From the NCBI RefSeq assembly GCF_044704955.1, contig NC_092000.1, positions 4,774,001 through 4,838,000 on the forward strand: DNA of 64,000 nt. The letters are read 5' to 3'. A model generated the notes under the pieces. That model saw nothing but the letters and a program-made list of their open reading frames with translations, had not been told where the DNA came from and ran no database searches. The translations under genes were made by a program, and so were the position numbers. Below are positions 34,821 to 51,735 of this stretch, in pieces; the stretch's first letter is position 1; every line of letters begins with the position of its first letter. This DNA is from Pristiophorus japonicus (lineage: Eukaryota).

Positions 34821-34944
34821 GGCAACAGAACTGAATGGTCATATTATGTGAGTGTTGTGTGTGGCTATAGACTCTGATCACGGGAAAGGAAGTATTGGCC
34901 AGCTGGGTGTGGAACTGTAACTTTGTGTGGGAGGGGAAAGTGTT

Positions 34945-35120
34945 GCAATTTCTTTGCAACAATATTTTTGCTACCGTTTCTTTACAAGTTATTTTGCAAC
35001 AATATTTTTGCTACAGTATTTTTGCTACAGTGTCTTTAGAACAGTTATTTTGCAACAATATTTTTGCTACAGTGTCTTTAGAACAGTTATTTTGCAACAG
35101 TATTTTTGCTGCAGTATTTT
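34945..35120. repeat. AT-rich tandem repeat of about 42 bp (3-4 copies) upstream of the GNG acceptor
   Basis: TTATTTTGCAACAATATTTTTGCTACAGTGTCTTTAGAACAG units. Confidence 0.75.
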
Positions 35121-35134
35121 CTCTCCAGTGAAAC

Positions 35135-41039
<5,905 letters not shown>

Positions 41040-41459
41040 TCTCATCATCCGCCATCGTACAGCTGTCCAGTGAGGGGTAACCAAAGTCAAATCCTTTATC
41101 TGTATCTTTTATTATTATTCCTGGGCTAAAGAGCACGGCCATGTATAAACTCCTTGTTCCTTCTGTCTGCTGTGCAATTATACACTTCCATTCCAGGTTT
41201 GCTTGATGAGATCATGCTTATGGAACCAAAGCGGGTATATGGAGTTAGGTCACAGACCAGCCATGATCTCATTGAACGGCGGAACAGGCTCAAGGGGCCG
41301 AATGGCCTCCTCCTGCTCCTGTGTTCCTGGATGCGAGGCTGATAGAGTTCGGAGAGCTCAGAGTGCACATCAGAGGGACGTGGCCATTTGAGAAGCGCGC
41401 AGTAAAGTTAAGCTGCTGAATTTTTGTGCTCCCTCAACCAACATCACCAGAACAGTAAA

Positions 41460-41668
41460 ATGAAAGCAAAATACTGCTGGAAATGTGAAATAAAAGCAGA
41501 AAATGCTGGAAACGCTCAGCGGGTCAGGCAGCATCTGTGGAGAGAGAAACAGAGTTAATGTTTCAGGTCTCGCATCTGTGGAGAGAGAAACAGACCTGAA
41601 ACGTTAACTCTATCTCTCTCTCCACAGATACTGCCTGACCCGCCGAGTATTACCAGCATTTTCTGTTA
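41460..41668. mobile_element. Penelope-like terminal repeat in fold-back (inverted) configuration
   Basis: Arms of about 70 bp (41498-41570 and 41591-41665); related ends at 5635-5710 and 48455-48545. Confidence 0.55.
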
Positions 41669-44600
41669 TTGTCTCACTTGGATCGCTGGGAAGACTCTGG
41701 CTAGTATCACATTGCTGTTTGTGGGAGCTTGCTGTGCGCAAATCGGGCTGCCCCGTTTCCCACCTTACAGCAATGACTGTGCTTCAAAAAAAACAAGTAA
41801 CTTCATTGGCTGTGAAGCGCTTTTGGGGACGTGCTGAGGTGGTGAAAGGTGCTATAGGAATGCAAGTTCTTTCTTTCTTGCCGAGGTGATGGCGGTCAGT
41901 GCTTGGGAGTGGAAGGCTTTGGCCAGTCCTGCAGCACCTCCCCCGCCCCAGGTCCGGTTCAGCTCCGGCAAGTGCAGACTATTAACACCCTCCGCTCTGT
42001 CCGAGCTCAACGCACCAGACTCCCAACACTCTGTGTCGTGAAGCGCTGGAAGGCATCCGTGATGGGGCGGGCTCAGTGTTGGTTTTGGGCGTACTGTTTC
42101 TGTGGGGAGGGAGGGGGGGAGGGAGGGAGTTTTCAAGCCCACTGGAAGAGGTTGGGCACCGTCTCACGACGGATTACACAGCAACAAGCCAGTTTTCTGT
42201 GCCGAGCGATGTGCTCACCTGCTCAGTCGCCCTTCTCTGAACTCCGCTGAAGGTCGGGGTCACGGGTCGAGTATAAATTGAGGAATTCAAGCCGACAGGG
42301 GGGCCCCCCTCCCCTGGTCGCTGCAAAGTAACCCTGCCTTAGCCGAAGCAGTCACAAGGCTCCGGGGGACTCGACTCGAACTCTGTCTGATCCCCAGTGA
42401 CCCCCGCTAGGACCTCCGCCGGACCCTGCGGCCATTGGGTGACCAGAAGGATCGGCGGTGCCTCCCAGGTCCAAAAGCCCACCTCCATCACCGTCTGGAC
42501 TCGCACGGGTCAATAGTCACTTGAGCTGTGGTACTGCACCAGCGCCTCTGAAACTGTTTCCCTCGCAGAAGGACAAGGAGCAACGCCCAGACAAGACAAA
42601 ATAAAATCCTAAAGCTGCCTTTTGTTCTGTTTCCTTTCAGGTCCAGTGATTAATTTAATCGGGGTGTTGTGTAATCTCTGGATGATCCCCAACAATGGCA
42701 CATTCTTAGAACAACACACCAGACTGAAGCACGATCACTGACACACCAAAACTGGCACCTGCAAGAACGGAACAGAAAACGCTCGCATCTGTAACAGGGA
42801 CTGCTCTGGCAAGAATATATCCAGCTACTTGGAGAGGGGGAGTGGGGGGGGTGGCTTATTTACATAAACTGGTTGAAGAATGGTTCATTCCACTGAGTTT
42901 TTTTTTTAGATTTAACACAAGATACTGAATGCAGGAAGAAGGCATGGGAAAATTTCAAAAGAACAAAACTGGGGGCCCACCGGTTTTGTACCGATCCACC
43001 ACTCGGTACTAAACGGTTGCAGTCGTCGAGCTCTACCGCCGGAGACTGCCAGTCAGCGGTGTCGGCTCTCTAGCAGCATCTAGTGTCAGAGCAGAGACAT
43101 TGCGACAGCTACAAGGGTGGGACAGCAAAAAGTTGCTCCTTCCTAATCGTCGCCTCCTGAGTGCAATCATTTCGGCAATTAACGAACGGAACCAAAAGCC
43201 GTTCGAGGTGTTCCCTGAAAACCTAGCCGGCCTGCCAATTTCGCAACCGCGTAGAAAAATGACAGAAGTATCAGACCGGTACTGAGCTAAGGGATTAAGA
43301 CCCACTCTAGATTGGTAGGGAAGAGCGACACTTGGCTCATCAGTAGGGGTGTGCGCTTTTCTCGGGGTGCAGTTTGCAAAGTTGGGATATGGGAGAACAG
43401 GGCCAATGAATTCCGCGGCAGTTTTAGGAAACCGGTGAAATTCATTGGGTTATTTCCCCCTCGGCGTTATGGAATTTCAGATACACGATGCCAAACACTG
43501 AACCTGTGTATGTCCCTACTCATTGCTGATAGTATCTTTAGCATATATACTTGATTATACTGGTACCAAAGGTAATTTTCATAGAATCACACAGCACAGA
43601 AAGAGGCCATTCGGCCCATCGTGCCTGTGCCGGCTCTGTGACAGAGCGATCCAATAAGTCCCACTCCCCCCTGCTCTTTCCCCACAGCCCTGCAAATTTT
43701 TCCAAGTATTTATCCAATTCCCGTTTGAAAGTCACTATCGAATCTGCTCCCACCGCCCTTTCAGGCAGCGCATTCCAGATCACAGCATCTCGCTGCGTAA
43801 AACATTCTCCTCCTCCCCCCCCCCCCCCCGGTTTTATTGCTAATGACCTTAAATCCGTTCCCTCTGGTTACCGACCCTCCTGATAGCAGAGACCGTTTTT
43901 GCTGCATTTAAGATATGACTCATTCCTTTATCGAATAAACAGTGCATGACCAGTGATTCCTTCGCACACCCGAACTCAACGTGTATTACAGATCCTTCGC
44001 TAAAACCTTTCCACCTCTCCCAGTCACCAGTGCAAACCCCTCTCTTTACAGCTTGCTGTTGGTTACCTGTTAGAGTTACATACAATTTACAGCAGAGAAA
44101 CAACAACACCAACTTGCATTTATATAGCGCCTTTAACGTAGTAAAACTCCCCAAGGCGCTTCACAGGAGTGTTATTAGACAAAACAGATAAGAACATAAG
44201 AAATAGGAGCAGGAGTAGGCCATACAGCCCCTCGAGCCTGCTCCGCCATGTAATAAGATCATGGCTGATCTGATCATGGGTTCAGCTCCACTTCCCTGCC
44301 CGCTCCCCATAACCCTTTATTCCCTTACCGCTCAAAAATCTGTCTATCTCCGCCTTAAATATATTCAATGACCCAGCCTCCACAGCAGGTGACCATAAGC
44401 TGGGTCAGAGAGGTAGGTTTTAAGGAGCGCCTTAAAGGAGGAAAGAGAGGCGGAGAGGTTTAGGGAGGAGTTCCAGAGCTTGGGGCCCAGGCAACAGAAG
44501 GCAGGGCCACCGATGGCTAAGCGATTATAATCAGGGATGCTCAGGAGCGCAGACATCTCGGGCAGTTCAGCTCCACACGAGCCTCCTCCCACCCCTCTTC

Positions 44601-45759
44601 GTCTCACCCCATCAGCATATCCTTCTGTTCTTTTCTCCCTCCAGCTTCCCTTTAAATGCATCCATGCTATTCGCCTCAAACACTCCCTGTAGTCCTTGGG
44701 GGACATTGGCGTCCCTCAGGACCTTTCCCAAGTCACCATCCTTCCCGTGTGAATCCCGACAGTGAACGGCGGCCGAGCGGTATCACTGCTGATCCCACCC
44801 TGCCTGCCTCTCCCACACGGAGCGTTGGGCTGCACACACCACCCACTGGCGCCTTGGTCCTGTTTGAAGTATTGTGATTCCGGCGAGTATTTATTTCTTC
44901 CCTTCTATTGGGACACCAAATTACAAGTGTACCATTAGTATTTACCAAATGGTATTACAGCACTGACTACACTCCAAGAAAAAGTACTTAGTTGGCTGTA
45001 CAGCGTTTGAAACACCCGGTGGTCGTGAAAGGCGCTATATAAATCCAGGTCTTTCTGTTATTTTATATAAAGTCTTGTGGCGCATGTAGATTTTCTTTCA
45101 ATGAAATATCATTGGGTTTCATCACCAACCCGAATAGGTGGAAGTTGAGTTTGCACAAGTGATGACTTTGGGACTTCCTCATCAATGGCAAAGCGAGTCC
45201 CAATCGCGTAGAACCATTGGCTGCTGGCCCCTGAGGCGCAGGTCGTGAATCACAAGGACCTGCAAAAAATCACCACACCTCGCAACAAAGCAGCGTTGGA
45301 GGTACGTCATTGGCGGTCCTGTTACACAGCAACCTGCCGCTGGTGTCAATGACCTGTTCGAACCTGTGCAGGAGGGAGTGCTCAACATTCCTGACTGTAA
45401 TAACTGGATTCCCTCAAGCCCCGAGACAACACGGTCTCGACAATGAGAACTCCCCTCCACCTCCCCCATTTATAAACCTGTACAGTAAGAAATCTACAAG
45501 AACATGCGTTCCGTTTGAGGGATAAAACTTGGGGAGTGTTCCTGTTGTATGGAGTACAGAGGAACAACTCCTTTCCCGCACCCCCCTGCTCCCTTCGTCC
45601 CTCTGCCCATAAGCACGACAGCCAGTCCCCTGCTTGGAGTGACATGCCCCAGCACAATGCAAGGCACAGCTCTCCATAGTTGCAAGAGTATAAAAGGACC
45701 CAGTGAAATAACCCGACCCAGGCTGATATAGAATGGTGTTATCGTCACTGGGATAACAC

Positions 45760-45788
<29 letters not shown>

Positions 45789-45790
<2 letters not shown>

Positions 45791-46045
45791 GGGTTGCCAA
45801 CTCTGGGCATATTCCTGGAGGTTTCGTAACTGGACCTCCAGTGCCCCACCTGGTCAAACAGCCTTATTTTAATTCCATCTTCAATATTCTTATAACTAAT
45901 AAACAAAAAGTGTTCGATTGGAAAACATTTTTTTATTGCCCGTGATTTTTTTTTAATCCCAGGTTTTTGCTGGCGGCAGTGCCCTGGAACTTAATTTCTT
46001 CATTCCTGGCGACTTCAGGGCATTCCTGGAGGGTTGGTAACCCTG
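45789..46045. mobile_element. hAT-type MITE
   Basis: TIRs TAGGGTTGCCAAC ... GTTGGTAACCCTG. Confidence 0.65.
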
Positions 46046-48545
46046 CTCTTATGCCAACCTTCACTCTGGGATCACTGCATGCTCAGATCCCTGACCTTGT
46101 CTAGCCATTGCTGGGATGAGAAGCATTCCACTGTGTACGTGTGTGTGTGTGTGTGTGAAGTATTTGTTCTCCGATTGAATGCGACGTACAGCCGTTGCCT
46201 CCGTAGCAATCTCTTCTCTTCCAAGTGCATTTTGTCAAAATAGATTGAAACTACGGTTTAGTACGAAAATCTCCACACTCAGGATGCGGGTTCTTGTAAT
46301 AAGAACATAATAGGAGCAGGAGGAGGCCATACGGCCCCTCGAGCCTGCTCCACCATTCAATAAGATCATGGCTGATCTGATCATGGGCTCAGCTAATGTA
46401 CCAATATTGAATACACATAATTACAACTGGCCTGGGTGAATTGGACATGTCTGCACCTCTGACTTGGCTTTGGGAAGTCAAGGGATTCCATGTGTGTCTT
46501 AAAGTGATCCCCGACTGTGCCAATTGTCATTTTATGTCATAAGACAGCCTTACGTTCTTTCCTACGTCTCCAGTGTTCACTTTATAACTCCCGGTTATTC
46601 TCTCTGCAACCCAAAAGATGACCAGTGCTCTGAAACCAGACGCTAGGATGCGCACTGGGGCGACTCCTTCTCCACAGCCGAGATCAAGTCCTCTACGTGA
46701 GCTGATTTATATCCCACCGCTCCAGCACGCTGCTCCATCACACATGAACAGGAGGAGGCCATTCAGCCCCTCGAGCCTGTTCTGCCATTCAGTTAGATAA
46801 TTGTTGATCTGTATCTTAACTCCATCTACCCACCTTGGTTCTGTAACCCTCAATACCCTTGTCCAGCACCAATCTTATCACTCTTAGTTTGGACATTTTC
46901 AATTGACTGTCCAGCCTCAACAGCTTTTACAGGGGGTGGAGGGTTCCAGATTTCCACCATCTGTCTCCCTTGGCTTCTCTTTAGGAGCAGTAGCCAGGAC
47001 AATCTCCAAATCAAGAGACTGTTGGCGCTGGGAGAGATCGGGCTTGTGCTGTCACAGCTCACGGAAATAGATGTGCAAAATTATAGGAAAGTAATCTTGT
47101 GTGTTCTGACACAAACCGCACAGATTACAAGGATTTGATTTCAGAAAAAGCAGATGGTTAAAGTACATTGTATGTAGTGTGTATAACTTCCTAAACATCG
47201 GTCATGGAACTGGTCAACACCCCAGAACTCTCGGATATAATCTGTAACCTTTCGCTTGCTAATTGTGTGTTTTGAAAAAAATTTGTATATAATATTTACT
47301 AGGTAGATTAATTGAAATTTATCTTCTGCTTTCCATTATTCAACTGGCACACAACATGTTTGATGTGGCACACGGCATCATGCAGAATTCTGAGCTTTCT
47401 TCCAGCCCAAAACTGAATTCATTACTTAAATTACACACAAACTTTCCTGAAGTGTCACACAGTGCTTTTACACAATTTTGGGGGGTCAGTGACTTATGTA
47501 GGCAAATATAAGATTAAACTATTCAGTATTATATATATATATATATATATTACAAATCCCTCTGAACAGAATTTATTCATTAGGTAAATCAAAGAAGTAT
47601 TTGTAGCTCTCTAGTCACACACCTGCTGATCCAGCCCTCCCCACCACAAGCAGGGATAGGAACTTTATTTTAATTATGATTACATTCAATCCATAAACTG
47701 AACAGAGACAACTGTTCATCGATATCTGTAAAACTATCCTCTACAATATTACCATGGGTTTGGTCCATATGGTGAGTGCCACTTAGCTGATGCCTATCCC
47801 CTGGTACAATGAATAATCACTGGCAGGAGTGGACACACCAAGGCTGCAAGAAAACTTAAGTTGTGCTAAGTTTTACAGAACTTACAAGACTCGCTTGTTA
47901 CTTCTTTTGAAGTAGTTTTAACTTTGCTTCCTTGCGCTGGAGAGAAGATGGGCAAGACCAATGGCTCCCAGCCTCCGCCAACGTGAGGAGAGATGGCTTG
48001 GAGACACTTTAACACCAAGGTCTCTCCCTCCTCCCAGCCCCTTCCTGTGGGGAAGCGCTTGGCTTTGTCGACCTCTCTCATCATGCGGGTGACACCAGCA
48101 ACGCCACCGATGGGAGCACATTCGTCGCCTCAGTACATCGTCGCATGCCATTACCCTGTACTGCCCGACACCAGTGTCTCTTAAATGAATTTTACCTGCA
48201 TCTTACATAGGACAGGAGAGAAAAATATCAGTTTGAGCCTTTACTATTTTATCTTGTATCACAAACTGTAAAAGTGTACGTTATTTAAACAGTAGGTCAA
48301 TAATGTGGTTTATTACTGTATTAATATCAAATAAAGTCTTTAATACAGTTCTGCTTTTCCTAGATATATTTCTAAACCATTATTTTTTATTCCAGATTAA
48401 GAGTGGAATGTTACTTAATTCCAGGACTTTGCTGCTTTTTAAACTCAATATGAACAGATAAAAGTAAATTACTGGATGCTGGAATCTGAAATGAAAACAA
48501 AAAATGCTGGAAATCTCAGCAGGTCAGACAGCATTTGTGAGAGAG

Positions 48546-49583
48546 TCAGGATAAATGGTTCACTCGGGTTGGCAATCAGTAATTAGTGCCGCAGGGCTCA
48601 GTGCTGGGCCCCAACTATTTACAATCTGTATTAACATTGTGGAAGAAAGGACCAAGTGTATTGTAGCCAAGTTTGCTGACGATACAAAGATGGGAGGAAA
48701 AGCAGTGTGTGAGGAGGACACAAAAAATCTGCAAAAGGACAGACAGGCTAAGTGAGTGGGAAAAAAATTGACAGATGGATATAATGTTGGAAAGTGTGAG
48801 GTCATGCACTTTGGCAGAAAAAAAATCAAAGAGCAAGTTATTTAAATGGAGAAAAATTGCAAAGCGCTGCAGTACAGCAGGACCTGGGGGTACTTGTGCA
48901 TGAAACACAAAAGGTTAGTATGCAGGTACAGCAAGTGATCAGGAAGGCCAATCTTGGCCTTTATTGCAAAGGGGATGGGAGTATAAAAGCTGGGAAGTCT
49001 TGTTACAGTTATACAGGGTATTGGTGAGGCCACACCTGGAATACTGCGTGCAGTTTTGGTTTCCATATTTACGAAAGGATATACTTGCTTTGGAGGCAGT
49101 TCAGAGAAGGTTCACTAGGTTGATTCCGGAGATGAGGGGGTTGACTTATGAGGAAAGGTTGAGGAGGTTGGGCCTCTACTTATTGGAATTCAGAAGAATG
49201 AGAGGTGATCTTATCGAAACGTGTAAGATTATGAGGGGGCTTGACAAGGTGGATGCAGAAAAGATGTTTCCACTGATGGGGGAGACTAGAACTAGAGGGC
49301 ATGATCTTAGAATAAGGGGCCGTCCATTTAAAACTGAGATGAGGAGAAATTTCTTCTGAGGGTTGTAAATCTGTGGAATTCTCTGCCTCAAGCGAGCTGT
49401 GGAAGCCGGGACATTGAATAAATTTAAGATAGAGAGCGACAGTTTCTTAACCAATGAGAGATTAAGGGGTTTTGGGGAGCGGGCGGGGAAGTGGACCTGT
49501 GTCCATGATCGGATCAGCCATGATCGTATTAAATGGCAGGCTCGAGGGGCCGTATGGCCTACTCCTGCTCCTATTTCTTATGT
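48546..49583 (+). mobile_element. CR1 RT/3' fragment inserted into a Penelope-like end
   Basis: [20 protein letters not shown] and tail; Penelope-like sequence on both sides. Confidence 0.88.
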
Positions 49584-50922
49584 TTTGGGTCTGTGACCCT
49601 TTGTCAGAACTGGAAAAGTTCGTGATGTAACAGATTCTTAAGTGCTGGGGCAGGGGAGAAAGAACAAAAGGGAAGGTCAGTGATAGGCAGGAGAGATTTA
49701 GGAGACAAAAGGGATGATGGAACAAGTAAGGAAACAAAAGATGAGTCTAGATAGGATGTGAACGGCAGAATAATTATCAGCTGCTATGGGAAAGAGATAA
49801 AAAAGGGATAGATACATAAAAATGCCTATTACGCTGCCCTGATAGTCTTTCTAAAAGGGTGGGGGGAATGGGACTGAGAGATTGGACTCGAGAGAGGCAC
49901 GTAGCTGGTGCTGAAGACCTAGACCTCCAACTGGTACACCATTGAACCGGTACACCATTGAACCGGTTCTGTGTCCATGCTGTGATCAGGAGGGAGGGTG
50001 GCAAGGCAGTCCCCACGTTTGGTTGTGTATGTGTTGCACCGCTCACCCTGCTGCTTTGTGTTACTCTGCTAGACCTGGCCACCCAGCTAGCAAAGGCTCA
50101 AATCCAAGCTCATCCCTTGCCCAACGAGCAACTAGGGGACGTAGGACGAGGCGCTGTGGGGGTCAGGGTGGCTCTGAAATGACACGCCTGAAGATCAGAA
50201 GCAAGTCAACCCTCCACAGCAGATTTGGAGATCCCAAAATCAATCAACTGTTGATGACTGAAAAACCCAGAGTGGTTCACTAACGGAATGTGGCAGGACT
50301 TGCATTTATATAGCGACTTTCACGAGCACCGGACGTCTCAAAACACTTTACAGCCAATAAAGTACTTGAAGTGTAGTCACTGTTGTAATGTGGGAAACGG
50401 GGCAGCCAATTTGAGCACTGCAAGCTCCCACACACAGCACTATGATAATGGCCAGATCATGTTTATGTTGATTGAGGGATAAATATTGGCCCCAGGACAC
50501 TGGGGAGAACTCCCCTGCCCTTCTTCAAAAAGTGCCGTGAGATCCTTTATGCCTTCTTGAACCGCTGCAGTCCGTGTGGTGAAGGTGCTCCCACAGTGCT
50601 GTTAGGGAGGGAGTTCCAGGATTCTGACCCAATGACGATGAAGGAACGGCCGATATATTTCCCAGTCAGGATGGTGTGTGACTGGGAGGGGAACGTGGAG
50701 GTGGTGGTGTTCCCGTGCGCCTGCTGCCCTTGTCCTTCTAGGGGGTAGAGGTCGCGGGTTTGGCCTGTTTCTGTGCCGCACATTCCATGTAACGCCAACC
50801 TTTAGCGCCTGGTTCTTTCAGTCGGCCTGTCTCTTGGGCCAATCTTCAGAACGGAGCCAGTGTTGATGCTCCCCTTTACACCTCTCTACAGAACACTCTT
50901 CACACCAAGCTCCTCTGTATAT

Positions 50923-50928
50923 TTTATT
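50923..50928 (-). terminator. Putative DCAF15 polyadenylation signal (AATAAA)
   Basis: AATAAA on the minus strand ending an AT-rich 3' UTR of about 750 nt, followed by GT-rich downstream sequence. Confidence 0.55.
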
Positions 50929-51679
50929 GAAATTCGCAAAAGAGCAACACATTCATACTCCGCAATCACTTAACATGGAACACTGTTAACACCACTCACC
51001 ACCTGCAATTCTGTAACCAGGAAACATGTCCAACCGAACAATTGTTGCAGGAGTCCATTTCACGGAGGGAGAATGGTCAGTTCGCCACGCAGAGTTTACC
51101 TGACGTCCAGTTCATAGCCAGGAAAAAAATCAACTGGGAGGAGGATTCAAGGAAGGAATGTAACCAGCTCTTTGCACTTTCAAACTAGATCCTAAGTAGT
51201 GTTAAATTACGTAAACTACTTTAATAAAAAAAGATGGAGCACTCTTCAGTCAAGTGGCCTGGAGACTTCCAAAGACATTCATAAAACACAAACTAACAAA
51301 GTCCTAAGTTAGATGCTGAGGTAATACAGACACCAAAGACTTTAAACTTTGCTGAGGGGGCATGTCAGCACTTGTGAGATAAGTACCACCCTCAGAAGAA
51401 CAAAAATGTTCGAAATTCCTGCAAACACTTGGAAGATTTTAAACTTTTACAATGTTCTTTTCTTAAAACCTCCAAGGGCCTTGGCCTTATTTATCGGCCA
51501 GAGAAGGAATGATTGAAACAAAAAAACTGAATGAAGAAGAGGTAGCTTTTTAAAAAAAAAATAAAAATGTTTTGACATCACCGATGCCGTTTGCAGCCGA
51601 CTTTGTTCTCGAAAATCCCGGGCTCTTCATTCTTCCCTTTATAAACCGCTGGTAAAACGAACGGTGGCCAGAGGCACCG

Positions 51680-51735
51680 CTACAGTACAATCCACATGCT
51701 GCGCCCACTGTCGGCCAGGCGTTTCAGCGAGCGAC
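51680..51735 (-). CDS. DCAF15: DCAF15 last coding exon
   Basis: [18 protein letters not shown] stop TAG; acceptor ttccag. Confidence 0.92.
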
